The translations under genes were made by a program, and so were the position numbers. A stretch of 63,598 bases of DNA, filler included, from Octopus bimaculoides (Eukaryota): assembly GCF_001194135.2 (NCBI RefSeq). It is 5 parts of 4 records of this genome, joined end to end, with 100 filler letters (N's around TTAATTAATTAA, not from the genome) between each part and the next. Parts side by side here need not be neighbours in the genome. Positions count along the whole stretch, not along the records: positions 18,288 to 40,286 come from NC_068989.1; positions 40,387 to 50,205 come from NC_068986.1; positions 50,306 to 58,600 come from NC_069001.1; 2 more parts are not named here. One strand, given 5' to 3'. Below the pieces are notes generated by a model, which saw only the letters and a list, made by a program, of their open reading frames with translations, had not been told where the DNA came from and ran no database searches. Positions 39,236-50,782 of this stretch are shown piece after piece. Positions within the stretch are counted from its first letter, which is position 1, and each line of letters starts with the position of its first letter.

Positions 39236-39463
39236 TTGGGTTGTCCGGAAAGTTCGTGCAGATTTATAGTAGCTTACCTTTCGACTTATTTGACATGAAA
39301 CCACCTCAATTCTGGGAACAGGGTATTTTCAAATCAAAGGGAAGATAGAAACGCATTGTGCAACAAAATGGTTCATATTTGGTTGATTAAAAATGTAATG
39401 GCAAGTATTTATTGACTTTTTTCTTTCCTTTAAAAATCGGCACGAACTTTCCGGACAACCCAA
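39236..39463 (+). mobile_element. mariner-derived MITE (228 bp)
   Basis: TIRs ttgggttgtccggaaagttcgtgc(a/c)gattt at both ends with one mismatch; TA duplications at 39234-39235 and 39464-39465; internal GIFKSKGR*KRIVQQNGSYLVD* resembles a mariner transposase C-terminus. Confidence 0.9.
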
Positions 39464-39898
39464 TAGTTTTTCTAGCATGAAAATCAAGTCGACAATTTCT
39501 TAATTTCTTAAAATTATTTACTGTTACCATCGTCAAAAGTTTCTCGTGAGTTAGTTTTCTGAATGTAACATACAAAAAAATATTAATGAATTATGAATAA
39601 ATTTTGTACAACGTCCAGTAACAACCTTAATCCCAGTTAAACATAACATAATTCATGCTGCTAACTTTCAGTTATTTTTCTTCGTCTCTTAATACACACA
39701 CACACATGCATATAACCATATGCATATGAATTAATAAACTTTTGTTTTGTCTTGCAGATCTGTGTGTGTGTGTGTGTGTGTGTGTGTATCTATAAATACA
39801 TACACACACAGACATACACGCATACATATGTACAGAAAGTGATATACATATATATATATATATATATTCACACCTACCTGTCTACCAACATATATGTA

Positions 39899-40035
39899 CA
39901 GTAATACCTCACTTTACGAGGACCCGCCTTACGAAACCCTGTGTTTACGAGTTTCACCGAATTTTATTTTCTGTTTACGAGTTTTCGTTCTACAAGCGTT
40001 CTCCGGGGACGAATGAACTTGTATATCGAGGCACT
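39899..40035. mobile_element. Tigger/pogo-like MITE remnant
   Basis: Starts TA|CAGTAATACCTC, has internal repeated ttacgag units, and ends with a partial complementary end (cgaggcact). Confidence 0.5.
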
Positions 40036-40246
40036 CTTCGAAACGCTTAATTTTAGAATGGTGGCAGCTGATGAAGGAAATGTTCTCTATGTGGCCTGTG
40101 TGTTTTCTGTGCTCTGTTTTATGTTCTGTTTTTCATTTTGCTCACGTTTTCTTGTGACGTCCTGTAACCAGATATGCATCTACATATACATGTAGATGTA
40201 GGTATGTACATACATGTACGTATATATGCATATACTCACATATTTG

Positions 40247-40286
<40 letters not shown>

Positions 40287-40415
40287 NNNNNNNNNNNNNN
40301 NNNNNNNNNNNNNNNNNNNNNNNNNNNNNNTTAATTAATTAANNNNNNNNNNNNNNNNNNNNNNNNNNNNNNNNNNNNNNNNNNNNTAAAAGTAATAATA
40401 ATAATAATAATGATG

Positions 40416-40465
<50 letters not shown>

Positions 40466-40466
<1 letters not shown>

Positions 40467-40650
40467 TATAACATACAGAAAATTGCACTACTGGGTACTG
40501 CACACATTCTACGCAAAACACTTTCAATACAGTAAACATAAGAGCACCACAGCAAACCACAGCACATACCCAAGGCGCACAGAGCTGCGCTCGGTAGTGA
40601 AGTGAAAGCACGTTATAAAAATAAAACTACTGAACAACAATAATAATAAT
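40466..40650 (+). mobile_element. R4/Dong-like non-LTR retrotransposon, extreme 3' end (fragment A)
   Basis: NIQKIALLGTAHILRKTLSIQ* (stop 40533-40535), a short 3' UTR and an AAT tail; preceded by a (TAA)n tract. Confidence 0.8.
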
Positions 40651-41096
40651 GTCTTGATGCAGTACAAGACAGTGGTTCTCGTGGCTTCTGATCTTAACTG
40701 ACTGGAAGTGTTATGTACATTGTTTTGTCTTAGTATAAAAGATGAGCTACAGCAAATATTCTGCTCAGTACCACAGATTTGCTTGTCAGTTGTTTGACCT
40801 TAATCAGTTGATCATGTCCACTAAGTGGCTGACGATAGGTGTATCTCTGATCAAGAGCAGAAGTAGTGGGGGCTACAGCAAACATTCTGAGTGGAATGGG
40901 CTAATTATCCTGAAGAAAATTCTAACTGGGCCCCACCTGCAAGGTCATGCGCTGTTTATCTTGATATGAGATCATCATGTCACGCACTTATGGTTGTGAT
41001 GCATGTGCAGGTGTACCCTTATCAGACGATGAGTTATGATAGGTACATTGGGCTTCGTATATTTGTACCCCAGTGTCACTTTGATGGTATGCACTG
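40650..41096. repeat. Unclassified non-coding interspersed repeat inserted in a (TAA)n tract
   Basis: About 450 bp of higher-GC sequence with no ORF, starting right after ataataat. It resembles a common octopus repeat (from recall). The right end is lost in a gap. Confidence 0.45.
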
Positions 41097-41105
41097 NNNN
41101 NNNNN

Positions 41106-41462
41106 NTAGATATAGCATGCCCAGGTGACAACAAGGTATGCGATAAGAAAGAAAGAAAAGTCGATAGGTACGACAGGTTAGCTTGGGAGGTTAAGCAGTT
41201 GTGGTCGATGAAAAAGGTGGTAGTGGTACCAATAATTGTCGAAGCCCTGGGAACAGTGAGTAAAAATCTCGAGAAGTACATGGAAAAAATAAGGGCTGCA
41301 AGAAGTGTGGAACACTTGCAGAAAACAGCACTGCTTGGAACCGCTCGAATACTCCGGAAGGTGCTCGAAAAATAAGAGGTGTTACCTTAGTTCACTGGTA
41401 GTGAACAGCTGATACCGTAGTATATCTCCAGCGTTAGAAGCTGTGCAAAGGCAATGATGATG

Positions 41463-41499
<37 letters not shown>

Positions 41500-41505
41500 T
41501 AATAA
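41106..41505 (+). mobile_element. R4/Dong-like retrotransposon, 3' restriction-like endonuclease (RLE) region (fragment B)
   Basis: Uninterrupted DIACPGDNKVCDKKERKVDRYDRLAWEVKQLWSMKKVVVVPIIVEALGTVSKNLEKYMEKI...LQKTALLGTARILRKVLEK* (stop 41373-41375), then 3' UTR and (ATA)n tail. Confidence 0.85.
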
Positions 41506-41510
41506 TAAGT

Positions 41511-42229
41511 ATAGACTATCTAACCTCAGGGTGTAGAGTCTTAGCACCTGTAGAATATAAAGCAAGACATGACAGAGTCGCCGGTATTTACATTGGACAA
41601 AATGTCGGCATCATAAAATCAAAACCACTGACAAATGTTATAAACACCATCCTGAAGCTGTGACTGAGGGTGAAAATGTGTCGATTCTCTGGGACTTCTC
41701 GTACATACCGACAAAACTAAAAAAGCTAATAAACCGGATATTATTATAAAAGATCAGACAAAAAAGATGCGTTTATTAATTGACATGAGTATTCCTTGCG
41801 ATCACAATATAGCGGCGAAAGAATATGACGAGATCAGTAAATATAAAGACTTGCTAATAGAAATTGAAAAAATGTGGCATCTCAAGGTGACTACCGTACC
41901 AGTGATTGTAGGATCTCTAGGAATGATAAAAAAAAAGGTACTGAAACCTATTTGAAAATGATAGGCTTACCATCCTTACAGGAAGTGCAAAAAATCGTGT
42001 TAGCTGGAACGACTCATGTACTGAGAAGAGCATTATCGCTGTGAAAACAACATCCATTCATGAATTTATTTATTTATCAATTTTTTAAATACATATTTTA
42101 CCTGTGAATTTGCGTGTGTAAACTGGGAATGCATACAATGAGCTTCTCTGCCCTAGGTGTTTGGAAAACACTCGGCGAGAAATGGAAGGAAATTTGAAGA
42201 AAGATGAAAACAACAACAACAACAACAAC

Positions 42230-42293
<64 letters not shown>

Positions 42294-42315
42294 TACTAAA
42301 AAAATGATAATAATG

Positions 42316-42345
<30 letters not shown>
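41511..42345 (+). mobile_element. R4/Dong-like retrotransposon, zinc-knuckle remnant plus RLE domain and 3' UTR (fragment C)
   Basis: DYLTSGCRVLAPVEYKARHDRVAG...ILWDFS.HTDKTKKANKPDIIIKD...LLIDMSIPCDHNIAAKEYDEISKYKDLLIEIEKMWHLKVTTVPVIVGSLG...LQEVQKIVLAGTTHVLRRALSL* (stop 42042-42044, with frameshifts). It starts in a (TAA)n tract and ends in a (CAA)n/(TAA)n tract. Confidence 0.9.
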
Positions 42346-42346
<1 letters not shown>

Positions 42347-42385
42347 ATAGGGACGATAAGAAAAATTGATGTTCAAAGAATGCTG

Positions 42386-42391
42386 ACTTAC
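42386..42391 (-). promoter_or_regulatory. 5' splice donor GTAAGT after the CBM14 exon
   Basis: Plus strand acttac at 42386-42391 is a perfect GTAAGT donor, right after the domain and a short linker. Confidence 0.8.
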
Positions 42392-42674
42392 CGGAAACAC
42401 CACCAAGACTAGATGTTTTGTTGCAGTCGTCTCTTTCCTGACCCTTTCTGACGCATACATTGTAAGTAATGGAGAACACTAAATCAGACGGACATGCTAA
42501 TTCACCCATGGATCTACCCAGAACACAAATGTGGTATACACTGCAATTATTCGAGTCCCTTACGAAGGTCGCCACATTGCCGGCATTTTTACGGCTGCAT
42601 ATGCTACTCTCCTCTGTGTAGCACAATACTACGATTGCAGCAATGATGGCCACTGTGCTTAGATACTTGTACAT
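42392..42674 (-). CDS. First coding exon of a secreted chitin-binding type-2 (CBM14/peritrophin-A) domain protein; 94 codons plus 1 nt; downstream exons not identified
   Basis: Translates to MYKYLSTVAIIAAIVVLCYT (signal-peptide-like) then EESSICSRKNAGNVATFVRDSNNCSVYHICVLGRSMGELACPSDLVFSITYNVCVRKGQERDDCNKTSSLGGVS. Cys spacing C-x17-C-x5-C-x10-C-x12-C-x9-C fits the peritrophin-A consensus. It ends at TCCG|GTAAGT (donor 42391-42386, phase 1). Confidence 0.88.
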
Positions 42675-42697
42675 GTTGGTTATAGTTTTGTTGATAA

Positions 42698-42722
42698 CTT
42701 CGGAAGAAATGAAAGACAAAAA
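42698..42722 (-). promoter_or_regulatory. Probable 3' splice acceptor 24 nt upstream of the ATG, implying an upstream non-coding exon
   Basis: Minus strand tttttgtctttcatttcttccgaAG|ttatcaac...aacATG: pyrimidine tract plus AG. Confidence 0.55.
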
Positions 42723-42943
42723 TCTATGTAATGGGGAACAACCGCCGTCTCAAGTGACTCTGAGGAAACCCTGTGAAAAGCAAGGCTCTTTTATACATAT
42801 AATCTGGGTGTAGACCGCATTAGATGACTCAACCTGTTCAATGTGGTTTCTTAACAATTCCAAACAATTACAAAGAGGTTTTGTACACACACACACACAC
42901 ACACACACACATGCACGCACGCGCGCACACACACGTATGTATA

Positions 42944-42974
<31 letters not shown>

Positions 42975-42996
42975 ATAATATGTATGCTCACACACA

Positions 42997-43034
<38 letters not shown>

Positions 43035-43036
43035 AA

Positions 43037-43123
<87 letters not shown>

Positions 43124-43779
43124 ACACACATACACACATACACACACACACACACACTTAGAGAGATAGAAATAGAGAAAGAGAGAGAGAGAGAGAAAGA
43201 GAGATGGAAAGTGATAAATACGTATTTTTATAGATACATATACATATGAATATTTATAGTTGTTTGTTACTGTGAGCAGACGCTTCTACATACATGTCAC
43301 GTATGCATGTATATACACAAACTATTATATAATTATACGCGCACGCGCACATGCGCACGCATAATTCCTCTGCTGATATGTAAGACCTAGTGCTGCTTTC
43401 ATACATGCAATCGCACCGCTAGGTCAATGTAAACCACATTCTTACTTATTAATAATCAGGTCAATATTTACGTTTTGCAGCAGATCCAACAGGTTTTTAG
43501 TGATATTTCTTATTGTGAAACAGTTACAAAAACATTTGTTGATTTTGTGCTGAAGGAAAAACTTAGCATTTTTCTAACTGAAAAATCGTCAATTCAGAAA
43601 GTGCTTTTTCTTTATTTTGATTTCATTATTTCATTATATTTTCAATTATTTATTTTTCTACATTTATTTATGTTAGTTTCCCTCATCCTGTTTTTCTCTT
43701 GGATTGATTATTGTGTTTATATTAATGCACCTCTTTCCCAATGTTGCTGTCGTCGTCGTTGTTATTGTTGTTGTTGAAA

Positions 43780-43960
43780 GAGTCCGTTACTGCATTGGAT
43801 GAAAATGCCTTGCGGTATTTACTTATGCTTGTCTACATTCTGAGTTCAAATCTCGCAGCGTTAAACTTTCGGGATCGTCAAAATAAAATACCAGTCAAAA
43901 GCTGGGTGAGATGGGGTGTCAATATAATCAGCTAAACCCTCTCCTAAATTCCAGGCCTTA
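43780..43960 (+). mobile_element. SINE family B, diverged
   Basis: ctgagttcaaat...aaaataaaataccagt...ggggtgtcaatataatc. Confidence 0.65.
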
Positions 43961-44029
43961 TTTTAGCAGCTCACGACCAAGCGTTAAAAACAAAGAACTT
44001 GAGAAAATATGTGTATGAGGAGAAGATGC

Positions 44030-44726
44030 TAGAAAAATATAGAGTGTATGTATTTTGGGATGAAATAATGACACATATTGCTGCAGAATGGTCCAAGTTG
44101 ACTCAGGGAGAATATAAGAAATAGAGGCATGGCCAAGTTATGAGAGTTTGGTACAGGAAGCTTTGTCAGAAATGAGGAGTTGAAACTGGAAGTACTTGGT
44201 ATGGTCACCGGGTTGAAAGAGTACTTGTATTGAAGAAATAAAAGATTTTTATGGCATTTTCTCATTCAGACGGATAAACGCTTGAAAATAATAAATCAGA
44301 TATAACAATAATCGACAAGGAAAAGCGATGTTGCTTACTAATTCATCCAACTTGTCCATTTGATTCCAGGATTGCAAAGAAAGAAGATGAAAAATTAAAT
44401 AATTACAATCCTTTAAAATTTGAAAGTGCGAGAATCTGTAAAGGTTGTGTCTGTGATAATTGGTGCATTTAGGACTGTGAGTAATGTTATAGAAAAGTGG
44501 TTGAAGGAGATTAGAATGGAATGTCCTGTAGAGCTTTCACAGAAAGTTTGCCTCTTAGGGACAGGAAAAATTATCAGAAGGATTTTGAGCACTTAAAAGA
44601 TTATTGAAAGCTTGTGGATATCTGAGACAGTAATCTGCTACCCAAATATATTCTGGGAATAAGAAGAAAACTGTGTCAAATCGAATAATAATAATGACAA
44701 CAACAACAACAACAACAACAACAACA
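44030..44726 (+). mobile_element. R4/Dong-like retrotransposon, decayed 3' region (fragment D)
   Basis: THIAAEWSKLTQGEYKK*RHGQV...ILWHFLIQTDKRLENNKSDITIIDKEKRCCLLIHPTCPFDSRIAKKEDEK...VSVIIGAFRTVS...KVCLLGTGKIIRRILST* (stop 44594-44596), followed by an ATA/ACA tail. Confidence 0.85.
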
Positions 44727-45420
44727 CACCCACCAGCACAAAGGTGCAACGACTGATGCAATAGAAAGTTGCTTGAAACTTTCAGATGTCGAAAGATAAT
44801 AGTGGTGGTGATGTAACAGCGAAAATGAAACTGGACCATTAAGGGAAGGCGTCTCGCTCGGCAGTGGTTTAGTAAAGATGCAGACTAACGACAGCTGCTG
44901 TCCTAATACAGCATCAACAGATGATAGAGCAAGGAGTAGGAGGTGGACAAGCAAAAAAAAAAATAGGATAGTGATGCAGTGTTTTTTTTAGAAAGTGAAC
45001 CTAAAAGAAGGGGCTAAAAAAAACAGATGTTAACACTTTGGGTAGAGAAGGGTGTGTTTAAAGTGACTGAGCAGAGATTAGTTGATCAAATTAATACTAT
45101 TAGGAGAAGAAAGTGGATGACAGAATTGGAGGTAGAAGGGATCACAAGAGAACTGGAAAAGAAAGACCAGGCAGTAGGAAAGACAAACAACAACATAAGA
45201 GATAGAGCGCAAACCAAAGAAGAACCTAAAGGAAAAAAATAATAATAGCGCTACCAACAAGGAAGGGATAACTTGCACCAACTACTTAAGTGGTTTAAGT
45301 GAGGAAGATCAGAAGATTTTAGATGAGTTGCAGGAAGTAATGAGTAAAGAAGTAAGAAAGAGATTGCCAGCATTAAAAAGTACCAACAGAAGGAAGCTGA
45401 GAGAAATATCTCAATTAAAA
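44727..45420 (+). mobile_element. R4/Dong-like retrotransposon, 5' region (fragment E)
   Basis: RRWTSKKNRIVMQCFLESEPKRRG*KKQMLTLWVEKGVFKVTEQRLVDQINTIRRRKWMTELEVE and later RKRLPALKSTNRRKLRE match the N-terminal motifs I recognise from R4/Dong ORFs. It starts directly after the (AAC)n tract. Confidence 0.7.
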
Positions 45421-46401
45421 TACGCAAAAGTTATGGCATAATTTACTGACACTTTAAAACTGAAAATGCAGCCAAAACGGGGTGAAATTGCCAGGCATAT
45501 TTCTGACTATATATCTGTCCCCTACTACAGAGGTCAAAGAACCACAAGAATTGCGGCAGGCTTAATAAAAGGTAATCTGTAGTCGGAGGAGCCAAAATGA
45601 TCTCTCAACTCCTAATGACACTCGAAGGTCGCAGAACAATAGCAGAAGAGTAGAAAACTGAATACTTGAAAACGAAATACTTGAGATTGTTAATACAGGG
45701 TAGAAAGCCTAGTAGTTGTGTTTGCCGGAATAAAATACACCTAAAAGCTGAATGCCCTGAAGAACGGGGAAGATTAAGCACAAACGAGGCAAACAAAAAT
45801 AATGAAATCAACGACATCAATAACAACAACAACAACAACAGCAACAAAAACTATAACAACAATAACAACAACAGCAGTAGCAGCAATAATAATAACAGAA
45901 AGAACAATAAGCTTCAGGTGCCAAATCTCTGGCGATTGCAAAGGAAATATCTTTAGGCATACGATACGATATTAGGCATAAAAATAGATGAGAAAATACC
46001 TCGTCCTCTAACAAGATGATGTTCAACAATTTTATTGTATGATAAGGCAAAAATAATTACAGATGAAAATATAAAATGAGAGAGAAAAAACTTCACAGAA
46101 AAAACAAGACAAACATAAAGCTACGAGAGGAGAAGCAATTTCTTCTCAATGACAATGAAACCCCTCCCCAAGAAAAATAATGAAGAATACGCAAGGACGA
46201 AGATGAACAAAGATTCATTGTTATTCGAAAATCAAACTGATAACAGACAAAAATTCGCATCTCCCGTGTTACGGATTCTCTGAAGTTTGAACTGTGTGGT
46301 TAGAAGCTTGCTTCTCAACTACATGGTTAAACTTAGTTATAGTTAAACTTGTTGGCCACTTTATTATTATTATTGTTATTTTAATAATGGTAATGATACT
46401 T

Positions 46402-46437
<36 letters not shown>

Positions 46438-46464
46438 GCACACACACACACTTATACATACATA

Positions 46465-47325
46465 CAAGGTGCGATGGGTAAATTGTCACCATTTTATATT
46501 TTTAATTTCACGCATGCGCATGTTTGTTTTTGATTTTGTCAACTACACAGTATAGTAGGGTCAGTTGGGTACCGTCTGTAAGAAAAACAGCACCATGAGA
46601 CAATTCACTCAGCCAGAAATTTGGAAACAACATACTGTACTGCTTGGTATTCGCGCCGGAAGCTCCAATACGAACAGATGGTGAATGCACTGAACAACCA
46701 TAGGCTTGCCGTGTCCCCAAAACATGTACTGCGAGTGATGAAAATCAAACATCCAGTCAAGATCATGGTGTTTGGAGTGATCACTAGTGAAGGCCTTACC
46801 TACAGAGACCTACATCAAGTGCCTGGAGGAGGTAGTGCTGCCCCTGGTCAAGAGGGTGGTTGCGGGAAGATCCTGTCTGGCCACAGAACTCTTCCCCCTT
46901 CTACTAAAGCAGGAGAACTCAGTCATGGCTGTCAGACAATTTCTGCGACCACATCACCTCTAACATCTGGCCACCTAATTCCCCAGACTGCAGTCCCCTT
47001 CATTATTATATGTGGAGTGCAGTTGAGCGAGAGACCAACAAAACTGCTTGTAACGCTAAAGATGAACTGAAGGCAAGGATTACGGCAGCATTCACAAACT
47101 TAAACAAGGAGACCGTCCAGAAGAGTTGCAGGAGATTCTGAAGTTGTCTGGAGGCCGTGGTTGAAGCCAATGGCGATTTTATTAAATAAATTTATTGAAT
47201 AAATTTACTGTTTCGTATTTCAAGATATATTTATGTAATTTTGGTTAATACATCTGTTAAAATGAGATGTCAGTGATATTTTCATTTTTGCGTAATTTAG
47301 ACGACAATATATTCACCGCAGCCTG
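46465..47325 (+). mobile_element. Internally deleted Tc1/mariner DNA transposon (861 bp) with transposase pseudogene
   Basis: TA flanks at 46463-46464 and 46326-like position 47326-47327. Degenerate TIRs caaggtgcgatgggtaaattgtc versus revcomp caggctgcggtgaatatattgtc. Motifs KHPVKIMVFGVITSEG, YIKCLEEVVLP and WPPNSPDCSPLHYYMWSAVE...CLEAVVEANGDFIK* (stop 47187-47189). Confidence 0.88.
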
Positions 47326-47349
47326 TATATATACTTAAGTGTGTATCTT

Positions 47350-47560
47350 TGTGTATGTGTATTCCTCACCCCTACTACCGCTTGACAGCCGATTTTGGTG
47401 TGTTTATGTCCCCGTAACTTAGCGGTTCGGCTAAAGACCGGTAGAATAAATACTAGGCTACAAAGAATAAGTTCTGGGATCGATTTTTCGACTAAAACCC
47501 TTTAAGGCGGTGCTCGAACATGGCCGCAGTCAATTGACTGAAACGTGTAAAAGAATAAAA
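47350..47560 (+). mobile_element. SINE family A, 3' half
   Basis: cccgtaacttagcggttcggc...aggcggtgctcgaacatggccgcagtcaattgactgaaac. Confidence 0.8.
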
Positions 47561-47649
47561 GAAAACAGGAAAATGATACTAAAATCAAGAGATGATATGA
47601 AAGCTTAAAAGATGTTCTCAAGATGTTTTCAATATCAAATATTCCCTTA

Positions 47650-47850
47650 AGCCGGTGAGCTGGTAGAAACGTTAGCACGCCGGGCGAAATGCTTAGCGAT
47701 ATTCCGTCTATTTTTACGTTCTGAGTTCAAATTCCGATGAGGTCGACTTTGTCTTTCAGGTCGATAAATTAAGTACCAGTTGCGTACTGGGGTCGATCTA
47801 ATCGACTGGCCCCTTTTCCCCAAATTTCGGGCTTTGTGCCTAGAGTAGAA
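47650..47850 (+). mobile_element. SINE family B
   Basis: gccggtgagctggtagaaacgttagcacgccgggcgaaatgcttagc...gagttcaaattcc. Confidence 0.85.
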
Positions 47851-47994
47851 AATAATATTTTAATACTTGTGTTTTTATAATACGTATTTTTAAAAAATTT
47901 CGTGCAAATATGTCTGTGCATGTATATTTATGTGTTTTTCTATACATACGTGTGTGCATGTGTACATGTAGGTACACACATCGTTTATCTTTTA

Positions 47995-48195
47995 TCTTTT
48001 ACTTCAGTCATTGGGCTGCCTCCATGCAGGAGTATCGCCTTGAAAGGTCTTAATCGAACAAATCACACACTATATATATATATATTTTTAAGTCTGGTTC
48101 TCTTTTATCGGTCTCTTTTGACGAAGTTACGGTGGTGTAAATAAACCAATAGTAGTTGTCAAGAGGTGGAGGAGTGACAAGCACAGGCACAAAGA
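47995..48195 (-). mobile_element. SINE family A, 3' half, running into long (CA)n
   Basis: Diverged body; (CA)n at about 48200-48322. Confidence 0.65.
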
Positions 48196-48199
48196 CACG

Positions 48200-48324
<125 letters not shown>

Positions 48325-49329
48325 TGTGTGTAGTTGGCTACATGTACCAGAAATTCTGGATCTGTATACTCAACACAGACGAGACCAAGAGACAAGGATC
48401 CAGTTCCTGAAAGCTGAATGGGGCCTTTCCTTGCACGGAAACATTTCAGGGACTTGATTAACGTTCCTTTTGAGAAGGAACTGACGGAGGCCAACACCAA
48501 CAACAGGTGGTAGGTCTCGACAAAGAAAAAAAACCCAACTGAGCAGCATTCATTGGTTTTATCAAAGATTTAGCTATAGATAGTGATGTAGTACAGGAGG
48601 CGTTCGCCAGTCAATTAGAAGTGGCTCAAAGAAGAAGCTGCGTTAGAAATGTTAACAGTGGAAAGGTTTTCGATCATTTCTTCGACGTGAAACACGAAGA
48701 ATGCGTTGTTTCAGCTGGAGCGCAGATCCTGAAATATTTTCCCTGTGGCATAGTTTATCGATTTCAGTATTCCTGAGGATGATTCTGATCTAATTCTCTG
48801 GATTCGGTTTCTGTGTCTAATTTTATATTCTAAATTGTTGTTAATTTGTCTCTTCATGGCACAGTTGGCTAATTCCATTCCTATTTTATGTATTTGTTGA
48901 ATTTATGAACAATTTTTAATAGGTTCTCCAGTTGGTTTTTATTTTAAACCCATCTATATGGAGGAAATGATTTATAGTTTATAGTAATCTATAATCAGTG
49001 CTAATTTCATTAAACACATTTGTTAACGGAGTCAAAGCTAAGAAAACTAGGAGAGGGACAATGAGTCTTATTGCAAGATTCATTTTCGCACAAGCATAAG
49101 ACTGCTTTGAACAAGTTTTTACTTTGCTTTATATGGACATGGTTTTCCTTTTGACAGGGCATAGTTGGTGCATTTTTTTTCGTATTGCAATGTGGCATAT
49201 TTCAGTTGTCAATCTCAGGTATATTTGTTTTGAGGAAATTAATAGTTTTCCCAGCTAGCAGCCATTTACAACTTGATTCTGAATAGTAAGCCACAATCAA
49301 GTCATTGAATGATACCATCACATATCTAT

Positions 49330-49718
49330 GTTGTTGTTGGCACTCCGTCGCTTACGACGTCGAGGGTTCCAGTTGATCCGATCAACGGAACAGCCTGCTC
49401 GTGAAATTAACGTGCAAGTGGCTGAGCACTCCGCAGACACGTGTACCCTTAACGTAGTTCTCGGGGATATTCAGCGTGACACAGTGTGACAAGGCTGACC
49501 CTTTGAATTACAGGCACAACAGAAACAGGAAGTAAGAGTGAGAGAAAGTTGTGGTGAAAGAGTACAGCAGGGTTCACCACCATCCCCTGCCAGAGCCTCG
49601 TGGAGCTTTTAGGTGTTTTTGCTCAATAAACACTCACAACGCCCGGTCTGAGAATCGAAACCGCGATCCTATGACCGCGAGTCCGCTGCCCTAACCACTG
49701 GGCCATTGCGCCTCCACT
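49330..49718 (-). mobile_element. SINE family C, young-looking complete copy
   Basis: Revcomp gtggaggcgcaatggcccagtggttagggcagcggactcgcggtcataggatcgcggtttcgattc (A and B boxes); ends in caacaacaaca. Confidence 0.85.
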
Positions 49719-50737
49719 ACATATCTAAGCTCCAACCAGAAATTACTGCACTTGTCAATCCAGTGGCTTTCTAGTTACACGAAGCCCTTAAAGTGTTGGT
49801 GTGTTCCTTACCAGCAAGAGTTGTTCATGTTTCCAGTGCTGATATGGTTTACTTCTTTACTGACTCAATATGTGTTTTCTTTGCTGCTGAATATTCTCTG
49901 CTCTGCATTTCCTCCCAGAACATTTGAATTTCCCTCGGTGATGGTTTGTCTTTCAGTGTTAGTTTTTTTGTTTTTTTTGGGTGATGCTTCTGTGAAATCT
50001 TCTGATATTTCATTCATATACTTTACGCATCTGGAAGAAGCGCTCGTGTCAATTGATGCCGCTTATTCTATATACTTTGTGTGTGTGTGAGAGAGCTTGT
50101 ATGTATGTGTGTGTGTGTGTGTGAATGTGTGTCTATTTATCTATGTTTCAATATGTATACATACGCACTCACACACGCACATACATATATATATATATAT
50201 ATATANNNNNNNNNNNNNNNNNNNNNNNNNNNNNNNNNNNNNNNNNNNNTTAATTAATTAANNNNNNNNNNNNNNNNNNNNNNNNNNNNNNNNNNNNNNN
50301 NNNNNTATATATATATATATATATATATATATGTAGGCTTTCTCATTTTCCCTCTATCTATCATAGACTCTATACACTTCACCGGTTTCTAATTCTTTCC
50401 TTTTTTTTCCTCAATTTTTATGCCGATAGTTCTACACTATGCATTCATACTAATTTACACCACGTTTGATAACTAATCATTATACAAGAACAACTTGTTT
50501 GAGAAGCAAGTTTGTAGTGAAACTTCGAAGCCATTCTCAGTTTTTAACACACACACACATACACAATCTCGCACAGTTTGAGAAGCCAGTTGTAGCGAAA
50601 CTTCAAAGCTACCGACACCTTTTTAAGTCAGACATACATACACACACAGGCACACACACACACACACTAGCTTACATTCATACAAACACAAACTTAAACG
50701 CTCAGCTAAACAAATGCATACGCATGCATGTATATAC

Positions 50738-50782
<45 letters not shown>

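Noticed and set aside
48325-49320. Possibly decayed L1/Tx1-like LINE sequence
   Set aside because: Only vague motif resemblance with many stops; I cannot support a call.
49630-49718. tRNA-like sequences here and at the other SINE heads
   Set aside because: They have A and B boxes but no intact acceptor or T stems, and they run into SINE bodies. They are not tRNA genes.
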